Positions 35,255 to 44,781 of a stretch of DNA of 64,000 bases are shown piece by piece; within the stretch, counting starts at the first letter, position 1, and each line of letters begins with the position of its first letter. The stretch is from Leifsonia sp. SCN 70-46 (GTDB taxonomy: Bacteria > Actinomycetota > Actinomycetes > Actinomycetales > Microbacteriaceae). The notes below the pieces were generated by a model. The model was given only the letters and a program-made list of their open reading frames with translations. It had not been told where the DNA came from and did not search any database. The stretch is taken from NCBI GenBank assembly GCA_001725325.1, contig MEFY01000002.1:621559-685558 (forward strand), in the 5' to 3' direction. The translations under genes and the position numbers were made by a program.

Positions 35255-36499
35255 ATGGCGACTACGGGCAAGAGCGCCGCCGTCTCCCACGTCGGGAAGA
35301 TCCGCTCCAACAACCAGGACAGCGGATACGCGGGGCGCTACCTGTTCGTCGTGGCCGACGGCATGGGCGGCCACGCCGGCGGTGACGTCGCGTCGGCCAT
35401 CGCCGTCAAGCGCATCGCGGAGACCGACCGCCAGTTCGCCTCCCCCAACGACGCCGAGTTCGCCCTGCGCTCGGCGCTCCTCGCCGCCAACTCGCTCCTC
35501 GCCGAGACGGTCTTCGAGCACGGCGAGCTCACGGGCATGGGCACGACGGTGAGCGGCATCGTGCGCGTCGACGACCACGTCGCCATCGCCCACATCGGCG
35601 ACTCGCGCATCTACCTCTTCCGCAACGGCGTGCTCGAGCAGATCACCGCGGACCACACCTTCGTGCAGCGGCTCGTCGACAGCGGGCGCATCACGCCCGA
35701 GGAGGCGGCCGTGCATCCCCGCCGCTCCGTGCTCATGCGCGTGCTGGGCGACGTGGACGCCTCCCCCGAGATCGACACGACCGTCATGAAGACGCTGCCG
35801 GGCGACCGGTGGCTCATCTGCTCCGACGGGCTCAGCAGCTACGTCGCCGAGGAGAAGATCCAGGCCGTACTCGCGGCGATCCCCACGGCACAGGATGCGG
35901 CCGAGCGCCTGGTCAAGGAGAGCCTCGACCAGGGCGCCCCCGACAACGTGACCATCGTGCTCGTCGACGTCGACCAGTCCGGCAGCTCGGCGCACGAACC
36001 GCCCGTCACCGTCGGCTCCGCCGCGGCGCCCCTCGTGTTCGAGGCGGACGCGGTGCGCCGCCCGCTGCGGCTGCCGAGCCTCCTGCTCCACCCGCTCAAG
36101 GCGACCCAGACCGACGACAGCCACTTCGAGCCCGAGTCGGACGAGTACCTCGCGGCGCTCATCCAGGAGGACCGCCGCCGGGCGCGCAAGCGCCGCATCT
36201 CGTGGCTCGCGTTCGTGCTCATCGTCGTCGCCGTGATCGTGGCGGCGTGCATCCTCGGCTACCAGTTCACCCAGCGCCACTACTACGTGGGCGAGGTCGA
36301 CGGCCGGGTCGCGATCTACCAGGGCGTGCAGCAGGACATCGGCCCCATCAAGCTCTCGCACGTCTACCGCACGACGACCATCGACATCACCTCCCTGCCG
36401 CCATACAACCAGCAGCAGGTGCGCGACACCATCAACGCCAACAGCCTGCGCGATGCGCAGGACGTCGTGGACAAGCTGACGGATGCCAGCAAACGCTGA
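35255..36499 (+). CDS. pstP: PP2C-family Ser/Thr phosphatase
   Basis: 414 aa with VGKIRSNNQDS, VADGMGGHAGGDVAS and a C-terminal TM segment. Confidence 0.95.
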   Translation: MATTGKSAAVSHVGKIRSNNQDSGYAGRYLFVVADGMGGHAGGDVASAIAVKRIAETDRQFASPNDAEFALRSALLAANSLLAETVFEHGELTGMGTTVSGIVRVDDHVAIAHIGDSRIYLFRNGVLEQITADHTFVQRLVDSGRITPEEAAVHPRRSVLMRVLGDVDASPEIDTTVMKTLPGDRWLICSDGLSSYVAEEKIQAVLAAIPTAQDAAERLVKESLDQGAPDNVTIVLVDVDQSGSSAHEPPVTVGSAAAPLVFEADAVRRPLRLPSLLLHPLKATQTDDSHFEPESDEYLAALIQEDRRRARKRRISWLAFVLIVVAVIVAACILGYQFTQRHYYVGEVDGRVAIYQGVQQDIGPIKLSHVYRTTTIDITSLPPYNQQQVRDTINANSLRDAQDVVDKLTDASKR

Positions 36500-37925
36500 C
36501 GCGACCACGGCGGTCGGAACCCTGTCGACGTTCACGTCGACGATCCGACTCCGCCTGAAAGTGCCCGCCCGACTGCGCAACCTCGAGTTCGTGCTGCTCA
36601 TCCTCGCGGTCGGCATCGACCTCGGCGCCATCGCCCTCGTGCAGCTCGGCGTCTTCGGCACGATCGGCACGGGGATGCTCGTGCTCTTCGCCCTCGTCGG
36701 CCTGCTCATCTTCGGCATGCACTTCGCGCTGCGGGTCGCGGCCCCCGACGCGGATCCGCTCATCCTGCCGATCATCACCGTGCTCAACGGGCTCGGCGTC
36801 GCCGAGATCTACCGCATCGACCTCGCCTACGACCTCACAGGCTGGGAGAACGGCGGCGTGCGCCAGCTCGCGTGGACGGCGTTCGCGATCGTCCTCGCCA
36901 TCGTCGTGCTGCTCGGGGTGCGCAACCACCGCGTGCTGCAGCGGTACCGCTACGTCGCGATGCTCACGGGCATCGTGCTGCTCATCCTGCCCGCCCTGCC
37001 GTTCATCGGCAGCGACCTGGGCACGAGCGCCAAGCTGTGGGTCGCGATCGGTCCGTTCTCGTTCCAGCCCGGCGAGCTCGGCAAGGTCGCCCTCGCGATC
37101 TTCTTCGCGGGCTACCTCGTGACGGCGCGCGACTCCCTCTCGATGGTCGGCAAGCGGATCCTGGGGATGCGCCTGCCGCGGGCCCGCGACCTCGGCCCCA
37201 TCCTCGTGGTGTTCGCGGCCTCGATGCTCGTGCTCGTGTTCCAGCGCGACCTCGGCACCGCCCTGCTCTACTTCGGCCTGTTCCTCGTCATGCTCTACGT
37301 GGCGACGGGCCGCTCGAGCTGGATCGTGCTCGGCCTCACCCTCTTCGTCGTGGGGGCGTTCACCGCCTCCCGCCTGCTCAGCTACGTCGGCGGCCGCGTC
37401 GACGCGTGGCTCAACCCGTTCGACCCCGACATCTACGGGGCGTTCGGCGGCAGCTACCAGCTCGTGCAGGGGCTCTTCGGCCTCGCCGACGGCGGCCTCA
37501 TCGGCATGGGCCTCGGGCGCGGCAGCCCCGAGATCACCCCGCTCTCGGAGAGCGACTACATCATCTCCGCGCTCGGCGAGGAGCTCGGGCTCGTGGGCCT
37601 CTTCGCCATCCTCGGCCTCTACCTGCTGTTCGTGTCGCGCGGGTTCCGCATCGGCTTCGCCGGCCAGGACGACTTCGGCCGCCTGCTCGGCGTCGGGCTC
37701 TCGTTCGTCATCGCCCTGCAGGTCTTCGTCGTCATCGGCGGCGTCACCCGGGTCATCCCGCTCACGGGCCTCACGACGCCGTTCCTCGCGGCCGGCGGCT
37801 CGTCGCTCGTCGCCAACTGGATGATCGCCGCCCTCCTGCTGCGGCTGTCGGACACCGTGCGCAACCAGCCCCGCCTCGTGGTCGGCGACGACCTGCCGGC
37901 CGACCGATTGGTGGTGGGCCAGTGA
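36483..37925 (+). CDS. rodA: FtsW/RodA/SpoVE (SEDS) family peptidoglycan polymerase
   Basis: 480 aa, polytopic membrane protein with the motifs FQPGELGK and PLTGLTTPFLAAGGSS. Confidence 0.9.
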   Translation: MPANADATTAVGTLSTFTSTIRLRLKVPARLRNLEFVLLILAVGIDLGAIALVQLGVFGTIGTGMLVLFALVGLLIFGMHFALRVAAPDADPLILPIITVLNGLGVAEIYRIDLAYDLTGWENGGVRQLAWTAFAIVLAIVVLLGVRNHRVLQRYRYVAMLTGIVLLILPALPFIGSDLGTSAKLWVAIGPFSFQPGELGKVALAIFFAGYLVTARDSLSMVGKRILGMRLPRARDLGPILVVFAASMLVLVFQRDLGTALLYFGLFLVMLYVATGRSSWIVLGLTLFVVGAFTASRLLSYVGGRVDAWLNPFDPDIYGAFGGSYQLVQGLFGLADGGLIGMGLGRGSPEITPLSESDYIISALGEELGLVGLFAILGLYLLFVSRGFRIGFAGQDDFGRLLGVGLSFVIALQVFVVIGGVTRVIPLTGLTTPFLAAGGSSLVANWMIAALLLRLSDTVRNQPRLVVGDDLPADRLVVGQ

Positions 37926-39373
37926 CCAAGGAGCTCAAGCGCGTCAGCGTCGTGGTGCTGCTCATGTTCCTGAGCCTGTTCGTCTCGACGACGGTGATCC
38001 AGGCCGTCTCGGCCGACAGCCTCAAGTCGGATGCCCGAAACTCGCGCACCCTCTACGCGAGCTACTCCGCGGAGCGCGGGCCCATCCTCGTCGACGGCGA
38101 GCCCATCGCCTACTCGCAGCCGGTCGACGACGACTACAAGTTCCAGCGCGTGTACGCGAACGGGCCGCTGTACGCACCCGTCACCGGGTACCTCACCCTC
38201 AACCAGGGCAACACGGGCATCGAGAGCGCGCTCAACGACTACCTCACGGGAACGTCGAACGACCAGTTCTTCGACCAGGTCAACGCGATCCTCACCGGCC
38301 AGAGCCCCAAGGGCGCGTCGGTCGAGCTCACGATCGACCCCGTCGTGCAGCAGGCGGCGTACGACGCGCTCGGCGACTACCAGGGCGCGGTCATCGCCAT
38401 CCGCCCCAAGACGGGTGAGATCATCGCCATGGTGTCGAAGCCCACGTTCGACCCCAACGTGCTCGCCGTGCACGACACCGACCAGGTCATCGCCGCCTAC
38501 AACCAGCTGCTCGACGACCCGCTCGACCCGCTCATCAACCGCACGCTCGCGGGCGCCCTCGACCCGCCCGGCTCGACGTTCAAGCTCGTCGTCGCCTCGG
38601 CGGCGCTCGAGACCGGCAAGTACACGGCCGACAGCGAGTTCCCGAACCCCGCGACGCTCACGCTCCCGGAGACGACGTTCGACATCAGCAACTCCGACGA
38701 GGGCACGTGCGGCCCGGGCGAGAACGCCACGATCGCGACCGCGATCCGGCTCTCGTGCAACATCCCGATGGCGGAGCTCGGGCAGCAGCTCGGCTACCGC
38801 ACGATCCTCGACCAGGCGAACAAGTTCGGCTTCAACGAGTCGATCGACGTTCCCCTGCAGTCCACCGAGAGCTACTACCCGCGGGTGCTCGACGCCCCGC
38901 AGACGATGCTGTCGGCGTTCGGCCAGTACACGGTCCGGGCGTCGCCCCTGCAGATGGCCATGGTGTCGATGGCGATCGCGAACGGAGGCACCATCATGAA
39001 GCCGAACCTCGTCGAGAGCATCACCTCGTCGAACCTCACGACCATCCAGTCGTTCCAGCCCGAGGTGTACAAGCAGGCGATCAGCCAGCAGACCGCGGCC
39101 GCGATGACCCAGATGATGGTCGACGCTGTAGCCAACGGCGCGGCGAGTAATGCCACAATAGACGGGGTTGACGTCGCCGGTAAGACGGGCACAGCACAGA
39201 ACGACGACAACCCGTACACGCTCTGGTTCACGGGGTTCGCCCCCGCGAACGACCCGGAGGTCGTGGTGGCGGTTGTAGTGCAAAACGGAGGCGGTCTCGG
39301 CCAAGACGGCACCTCGAGTGGCATCTCGGCTCCGATCGGCAGGAAAGTACTTGAGGCGGTGCTAGGCAGATGA
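37922..39373 (+). CDS. pbpA: Class B penicillin-binding protein (PbpA)
   Basis: 483 aa starting from a GTG that overlaps the rodA stop (GTGA). It has an N-terminal TM segment and the motifs STFK, SCN (SxN) and KTGT. Confidence 0.9.
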   Translation: MTKELKRVSVVVLLMFLSLFVSTTVIQAVSADSLKSDARNSRTLYASYSAERGPILVDGEPIAYSQPVDDDYKFQRVYANGPLYAPVTGYLTLNQGNTGIESALNDYLTGTSNDQFFDQVNAILTGQSPKGASVELTIDPVVQQAAYDALGDYQGAVIAIRPKTGEIIAMVSKPTFDPNVLAVHDTDQVIAAYNQLLDDPLDPLINRTLAGALDPPGSTFKLVVASAALETGKYTADSEFPNPATLTLPETTFDISNSDEGTCGPGENATIATAIRLSCNIPMAELGQQLGYRTILDQANKFGFNESIDVPLQSTESYYPRVLDAPQTMLSAFGQYTVRASPLQMAMVSMAIANGGTIMKPNLVESITSSNLTTIQSFQPEVYKQAISQQTAAAMTQMMVDAVANGAASNATIDGVDVAGKTGTAQNDDNPYTLWFTGFAPANDPEVVVAVVVQNGGGLGQDGTSSGISAPIGRKVLEAVLGR

Positions 39374-41034
39374 GACCCTCCAGTGGCCTCACGTTCGGGG
39401 GCAGGTACCAGCTCTCCAGTCGCGTCGCGATCGGCGGCATGGGCGAGGTGTGGCAGGCCACAGACCTCGTCATCGGGCGCACGGTCGCCATCAAGATCCT
39501 CAAAGACGAGTACCTCGGCGATCCGGGATTCCTCGAGCGCTTCCGCGCCGAGGCGCGCCACGCGGCACTCGTCAACCACGAGGGCATCGCCAACGTCTTC
39601 GACTACGGCGAGGAGGACGGCAGCGCGTACCTCGTCATGGAGCTCGTCCCGGGCGAGGCCCTGAGCTCGGTGCTCGAGCGGGAGCGCCAGCTGCCCGCCG
39701 ACCGCGTGCTCGACATCGTCTCGCAGACCGCCATGGCGCTGCAGGCCGCGCACGCCGCGGGCCTCGTGCACCGGGACATCAAGCCCGGCAACCTGCTCAT
39801 CACGCCCGACGGCCGGGTCAAGATCACCGACTTCGGCATCGCGCGCATCGCCGACCAGGTGCCCCTCACGGCCACCGGGCAGGTCATGGGCACCGTGCAG
39901 TACCTCTCGCCCGAGCAGGCGAGCGGGCATCCTGCCTCGCCCTCCACCGACATCTACTCGCTCGGCATCGTCGCGTACGAGGCACTCGCGGGCCGCCGCC
40001 CGTTCACGGGCGAGTCGCAGGTCGCCATCGCGATGGCGCAGATCAACGAGACGCCGCCCGAGCTTCCCACGACCGTGCCCGAGCCCGTGCGCAACCTCGT
40101 GTACGCGTGCATCGCGAAGAACCCCGCCGACCGTCCGGCGTCGGCCGCGCACCTCGCGCGGGCCGCGCAGGCGCTGCGGCGCGGGGACGTCGAGGCCGCG
40201 GCCGCGGCGGTGCCGGGCATCCTCGGTGCGGGCCATGCCGCGACGATCGGGCCGAACTACGGGCAGAACACCCAGGTCACGCGCGTGCTCCCCGCCAACG
40301 GACCGGTCGCGACGCCCGCCCTCCCGACCGACACGAAGCGCCGCAACCCGTGGACCTGGCCGCTCGTCGCCCTCGTCTCGCTGCTCGCGGTCGTGCTCAT
40401 CGGCACGATCATCGCGCTCGTCGTGATCCCCACGAGCACCCCGTCGGGCGAGGAGACGCAGACGCCGCCCGCGACGTCGAGCCAGCCGACCCCCTCGACC
40501 ACGCCCACGGGCACCGACCGGGTCAAGCTCGACGACACCGAGATCATCGGCCGCACACAGGATGTCGTCGCGCAGTACCTCTCCGACCTCAAGCTCAACC
40601 TCGACGCCCGCGTCGGGACCGTCGCCCCGAGCGAAGACCAGGAGGGGCTCGCCTACAGCGTCAACCCCAAGGGCAACGTGCGCGTCGGCGAGACGATCAC
40701 CGTCTCGTTCTACGCGGAGATCCCGCCGCCCGCCGAGGCGACGAAGCCCGGTGCGATGACCGCGTCGGCGGGTCCGTACACCGTGGGCGGCACCGTCACG
40801 TTCAGCTGGCCCGCCGGCTACAACGGATGCCCCGCGGGCCAGAGCCTCACGGGCTTCAGCGTGCAGGTGCAGAACGGCACGTTCGCGAGCGGCAACGCCA
40901 ACCGCGGACCGAGCGAGACGTCGGTCGACATCGTGCTCACGGGCCCGGCGGGAACGCCGACGAACGTGCGCTACTCGGCCCTCTGCTCGTCCGTGGAGTC
41001 GCCCCAGTCCGACGTCACCAGCGTCACACCGTAG
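39370..41034 (+). CDS. pknA: Ser/Thr protein kinase (PknA position) with a TM segment and an extracellular PASTA-like domain plus an extra C-terminal domain
   Basis: 554 aa with GGMGEVW, AIK, HRDIKPGN and DFGIA kinase motifs. The ATG overlaps the pbpA stop. Confidence 0.9.
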   Translation: MRPSSGLTFGGRYQLSSRVAIGGMGEVWQATDLVIGRTVAIKILKDEYLGDPGFLERFRAEARHAALVNHEGIANVFDYGEEDGSAYLVMELVPGEALSSVLERERQLPADRVLDIVSQTAMALQAAHAAGLVHRDIKPGNLLITPDGRVKITDFGIARIADQVPLTATGQVMGTVQYLSPEQASGHPASPSTDIYSLGIVAYEALAGRRPFTGESQVAIAMAQINETPPELPTTVPEPVRNLVYACIAKNPADRPASAAHLARAAQALRRGDVEAAAAAVPGILGAGHAATIGPNYGQNTQVTRVLPANGPVATPALPTDTKRRNPWTWPLVALVSLLAVVLIGTIIALVVIPTSTPSGEETQTPPATSSQPTPSTTPTGTDRVKLDDTEIIGRTQDVVAQYLSDLKLNLDARVGTVAPSEDQEGLAYSVNPKGNVRVGETITVSFYAEIPPPAEATKPGAMTASAGPYTVGGTVTFSWPAGYNGCPAGQSLTGFSVQVQNGTFASGNANRGPSETSVDIVLTGPAGTPTNVRYSALCSSVESPQSDVTSVTP

Positions 41035-41106
41035 GCCCCAGCCTCACCGGCTACACTGGCTGAGGTATTGTCGGCCCGGCGTGCCGTCGGTAAGGGGTGG
41101 ATTCTC

Positions 41107-42828
41107 GTGGTCGAAGGCGTTGCGAACGGAGTGCGCCAGCTCGCTGGGCGCTACCAGATCGGTGAACTCATCGGCCGCGGCGGCATGGCAGACGTGCATG
41201 TCGGCCAGGACAACCGCCTGGGCCGCCGCGTCGCCATCAAGCTGCTGAAGCCGTCGCTCGCCGAAGATCCCGCCTTCCGCACGCGCTTCCGCCGCGAGGC
41301 GCAGGATGCGGCCAAGATGGCGCACCCCACGATCGTGCGCATCTTCGACGCCGGCGAGGAGACCGTGCGCGACGCCAACGGCCACGAGAGCCTCGTGCCG
41401 TTCATCGTCATGGAGTACGTCGACGGTCGTCTGCTGAAAGACATCGTCGCCGAAGGCCCGCTCGAGCCCGCCGAGGCCTGCCGCATCATCGAGCAGGTGC
41501 TCACTGCCCTCGAGTACTCGCACCGCGCCGGCGTCGTGCACCGCGACATCAAGCCCGGCAACATCATGATCGCGAGCAACGGCCAGGTGAAGGTCATGGA
41601 CTTCGGCATCGCACGCGCCGTCTCCGACTCGCAGGCCACGATCGCCGAGACGAGCGCCATCGTCGGCACCGCATCGTACTTCTCCCCGGAGCAGGCGCGC
41701 GGCGAGACCGTGGATGCCCGCACCGACCTGTACTCGACGGGCATCGTGCTGTTCGAGCTCCTCACCGGCCGGGCCCCGTTCCGCGGCGACAACCCCGTGG
41801 CCGTCGCCTACCAGCACGTGAACTCCGAGGCCGTGCCGCCGAGCTCGCTCAACCCCAAGGTCTCCCCCGCGCTCGACGCCGTGGTGCTGCGCGCCCTCTC
41901 GAAGGACAGGTTCGAGCGCTACCAGAGCGCCAGCGAGTTCCGCGAGGATGTCGAGGCCGCGGCCGCGGGCTCCGTGCCCGCGCGCAAGCAGGTCGCCGTC
42001 AACGACTTCAACGCCACCCTCTTCGGCGTCAACCCGAGCTCCGTCGCGGGTTCGGAGGCCGCGCTGCGCCAGCTGACCGTCGACGAGGACGAGCGCCTCG
42101 TCCGCACCCAGAGCCGTCCGCCCGTCGCCTGGATCTGGGCCGGCATCGCCAGCATGGTCGTCATCATCGTGGCCGTCGTGTTCTGGACGTTCAACCTCCA
42201 GCCCGCGCAGCTCGCCCCCAACGTCTCGACCGAGGTCCCTGCCGTCGCTGGCCAGCCGTTCGACGAGGCGTCCGCCGCGCTCGAGGACGCCAAGCTCGTC
42301 GTCCAGCGCGTCGACGAGTCGAGCACGACGATCGCCGAGGGCCTCGTCATCCGCACCGATCCCGACGCCGGCACCAAGGTCGCCCCGAACTTCACGGTCA
42401 AGGTCGTCGTCTCGTCGGGCCAGGTCGCCATCGCGGTCCCCGATGTCACGCGCATGTCCGAGGCCGACGCGATCGCCACGATCGAGGGTGCCAAGCTCAA
42501 GTACGGCGTCTCGACCCAGAGCTACTCCCCCGACCTCGCGCAGGGCGTCGTCATCAGCTCCGACCCCGCCGCGGGCGCGACCGTCATCGGCGGCAAGAAG
42601 ATCCACGAGGGCGACACCATCAACCTCGTGATCTCGAACGGGCTCGTGAGCGTGCCGGACGTGACCGGGCAGGCGATCGCCGCCGCGAACTCCGCGCTCA
42701 GCCCGCTGCAGCTCAACGTCAAGGTCACCGTCGACATGAGCTGCACGGGGGGAACCGTCGCGTCGCAGTCGATCGTGGGCGACCAGCCTCAGAAGTCGAC
42801 GATCACCCTGAGCTACTGCGGCGGGTAG
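41107..42828 (+). CDS. pknB: Ser/Thr protein kinase PknB with C-terminal PASTA repeats
   Basis: Kinase motifs are GRGGMADVH, AIKLL, HRDIKPGN and DFGIA, followed by a TM segment and about three PASTA repeats. The start is uncertain: GTG 41107 is preferred, and TTG 41068 is the longest ORF. Confidence 0.9.
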   Translation: MVEGVANGVRQLAGRYQIGELIGRGGMADVHVGQDNRLGRRVAIKLLKPSLAEDPAFRTRFRREAQDAAKMAHPTIVRIFDAGEETVRDANGHESLVPFIVMEYVDGRLLKDIVAEGPLEPAEACRIIEQVLTALEYSHRAGVVHRDIKPGNIMIASNGQVKVMDFGIARAVSDSQATIAETSAIVGTASYFSPEQARGETVDARTDLYSTGIVLFELLTGRAPFRGDNPVAVAYQHVNSEAVPPSSLNPKVSPALDAVVLRALSKDRFERYQSASEFREDVEAAAAGSVPARKQVAVNDFNATLFGVNPSSVAGSEAALRQLTVDEDERLVRTQSRPPVAWIWAGIASMVVIIVAVVFWTFNLQPAQLAPNVSTEVPAVAGQPFDEASAALEDAKLVVQRVDESSTTIAEGLVIRTDPDAGTKVAPNFTVKVVVSSGQVAIAVPDVTRMSEADAIATIEGAKLKYGVSTQSYSPDLAQGVVISSDPAAGATVIGGKKIHEGDTINLVISNGLVSVPDVTGQAIAAANSALSPLQLNVKVTVDMSCTGGTVASQSIVGDQPQKSTITLSYCGG

Positions 42829-42837
42829 CGCGGCCGG

Positions 42838-43473
42838 CTAGAGCCGAACGAGGGGCGTGAGGCCCTTGGCCGTCTCGGCGGCCTCGGGCAGGCCCGCCAC
42901 GGCGAGCCAATTGCCGAGCATGCGGTAGCCGCCCTCGGTGAGCACCGACTCCGGGTGGAACTGCACGCCGTAGAGCGGGGCATCTTGGTGGCGCAGCCCC
43001 ATGATGACGCCGCCCTGAGTGCGCGAGGTGACGACGAGCTCGTCGGGAACCGTGCCGTCGACGACCGCGAGCGAGTGGTAGCGCGTGGCGGTGAAGGGCT
43101 GCGGCACGCCGTCGTAGAACGGGCTGTCGTCGTGCTCGATGAGCGAGGTCTTGCCGTGCATGAGCTCCTCGGCGTGGGTGACCGTGGCGCCGAGCGCCTC
43201 GGCGATCGCCTGGTGGCCGAGGCACACCCCGAGAAGCGGCTGGCCCGACGCGAGGGCTGCGCGCACGATCGGGATGCTCACACCCGCGCCCGCGGGAGTG
43301 CCCGGGCCGGGGGAGAGGAGCACGGCGTCGTACTCCGCGATCGTCGCGGCGGCCGCATCCTCGGAGAAGGCGTCGTTGCGCACGACCGTCGTCTCGGCCC
43401 CGAGCTGGAGCAGGTAGCCGTTGAGCGTGTAGACGAAGCTGTCGTAGTTGTCGACGACGAGGATGCGGGTCAT
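42838..43473 (-). CDS. trpG: Glutamine amidotransferase subunit of anthranilate / aminodeoxychorismate synthase
   Basis: 211 aa starting MTRILVVDNYDSFVYTL, with GVCLGHQ (nucleophile Cys) and QFHPES. Confidence 0.9.
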   Translation of the reverse strand: MTRILVVDNYDSFVYTLNGYLLQLGAETTVVRNDAFSEDAAAATIAEYDAVLLSPGPGTPAGAGVSIPIVRAALASGQPLLGVCLGHQAIAEALGATVTHAEELMHGKTSLIEHDDSPFYDGVPQPFTATRYHSLAVVDGTVPDELVVTSRTQGGVIMGLRHQDAPLYGVQFHPESVLTEGGYRMLGNWLAVAGLPEAAETAKGLTPLVRL

Positions 43474-43631
43474 GGGTTCTCCACCGTCACGTCCTGCGGG
43501 GTGACGAACTGGTCGACGTACGGGAACACCCAGAGTACAAGGGCCGTCACGATGGCCGCGACGAGCACGAGCACGATGATGAGCCGCACCCACCACGGTC
43601 CGGGAAGGATCCTCCACAGCGCGCCGTACAT
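43470..43631 (-). CDS. Small hypothetical membrane protein
   Basis: 53 aa, MYGALWRILPGPWWVRLIIVLVLVAAIVTALVLWVF.... Its start overlaps the sortase stop by 1 nt and its stop overlaps the trpG start (ATGA). Confidence 0.6.
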   Translation of the reverse strand: MYGALWRILPGPWWVRLIIVLVLVAAIVTALVLWVFPYVDQFVTPQDVTVENP

Positions 43632-44383
43632 CAGCTCGACGCTCCCGCTATCGCCGCGATCTCGGCGGGCGCGCCGCCCGCGCGCGGGAACCACGTGTCG
43701 TACACGCCGTAGACGACGATGCGCTCGGAGGCCGTGTAGACGGGGTTGCAGCTCGTGAGGGTGAGGATGCGGTCGGTCGGGGTCACACCGGGAGCCTGCG
43801 GCACGGGCGCGAGCACGCCGACGCCCGTGGGCTGCACGTACTCGAGGCTGCGCACGAGGTAGCGGTACCAGCCGGCCTCGGTCTCGATGTAGACCGCGTC
43901 GCCGATCTGCAGCTTGTCGATGTCGAAGAAGGGCGAGCCGTGGCCCGTGCGGTGCGCGGCGAACGCGGCGTTGCCCACGGCGCCCGGCATGGCCGTGCCG
44001 GGGTAGTGGCCCACCCCGTAGCGCAGCACGTCGTCGACGCCGATGCCCTCGGCGATCGGGCGGATGTAGTCGGCGCCGAAGCGCGGGATGATCATGTTGC
44101 CGAACTGCTCGGCGTTGCCGGGGGCGGTGCCGACGACCGGGGGCCCGGGCTCCGGCCGCTCGCTCGTCGCCGTCACGGGTGCTTGGCCGCGGTTCCACCC
44201 CTGGCTCAGCGCCGTCGACTCGTCCTTCTGGGCGTTGCCGTCGATGAGGTTGCCGAGCCAGACCTGCCAGCCGAGGAACATCAGCACGAGCACGCCCGCG
44301 GTGATGAAGAGTTCGCCGAGGATGCCGACGACGCTCACGCGCCGCCGAGGTGCGCGCCGCGCGCGCTCCCGTTCCACGACCAT
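43631..44383 (-). CDS. srtE: Class E sortase
   Basis: 250 aa with an N-terminal TM anchor, the catalytic His context AAHRTGHG, the Cys motif TLTSCNP and a downstream Arg. Its position next to crgA and trpG matches other actinobacteria. Confidence 0.9.
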   Translation of the reverse strand: MVVERERARRAPRRRVSVVGILGELFITAGVLVLMFLGWQVWLGNLIDGNAQKDESTALSQGWNRGQAPVTATSERPEPGPPVVGTAPGNAEQFGNMIIPRFGADYIRPIAEGIGVDDVLRYGVGHYPGTAMPGAVGNAAFAAHRTGHGSPFFDIDKLQIGDAVYIETEAGWYRYLVRSLEYVQPTGVGVLAPVPQAPGVTPTDRILTLTSCNPVYTASERIVVYGVYDTWFPRAGGAPAEIAAIAGASS

Positions 44384-44475
44384 AGGGTCGATTGTAGGCC
44401 GTGGAGGGCCTCAACCCCTCCCCCCGAACGCGGCGGACCAGCCCCCTCCAAGGCGTTCACGCTAGTATCGTCGCC

Positions 44476-44727
44476 ATGGCCCGTACGTCTTCACGCACCA
44501 AGACCAAGATCGACCGCACCGCCGAGACCCGCTCGGGGGAGCAGGCTCCCAACGCCGTCTGGTTCAAGCCCGTCATGTTCGGCTTCATGCTGCTCGGGCT
44601 CGTGTGGATCATCGTCTTCTACGTGAGCGGCAGCACGCTGCCGATCCCGTCGCTCGGCTCGTGGAACATCCTCATCGGCTTCGGCATCATGTTCATCGGC
44701 TTCCTGATGACCACGCGGTGGCGCTGA
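44476..44727 (+). CDS. crgA: Cell division protein CrgA
   Basis: 83 aa with a basic N-terminus and two TM helices (WFKPVMFGFMLLGLVWIIVFY, NILIGFGIMFIGFLMTTRW). Confidence 0.9.
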   Translation: MARTSSRTKTKIDRTAETRSGEQAPNAVWFKPVMFGFMLLGLVWIIVFYVSGSTLPIPSLGSWNILIGFGIMFIGFLMTTRWR

Positions 44728-44748
44728 GCCCGAACTACACGGGTGTAG

Positions 44749-44779
44749 TTATACCCACTGTGGATAGGGCTGTGGATAA
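44749..44779. promoter_or_regulatory. Cluster of DnaA-box-like 9-mers in the convergent crgA/rhomboid spacer
   Basis: TGTGGATAA at 44771-44779 is a perfect complement of TTATCCACA. TGTGGATAG at 44759-44767 has 1 mismatch. TTATACCCA at 44749-44757 has 2 mismatches and the opposite orientation. Confidence 0.5.
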
Positions 44780-44781
44780 CT

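Noticed and set aside
34043-42828. Head-on orientation of the fhaA-to-pknB operon relative to a fork leaving the origin, as an anomaly
   Set aside because: The same orientation relative to dnaA is conserved in Mycobacterium (Rv0014c-Rv0020c) and other actinobacteria, so it is an ancestral feature and not specific to this genome.
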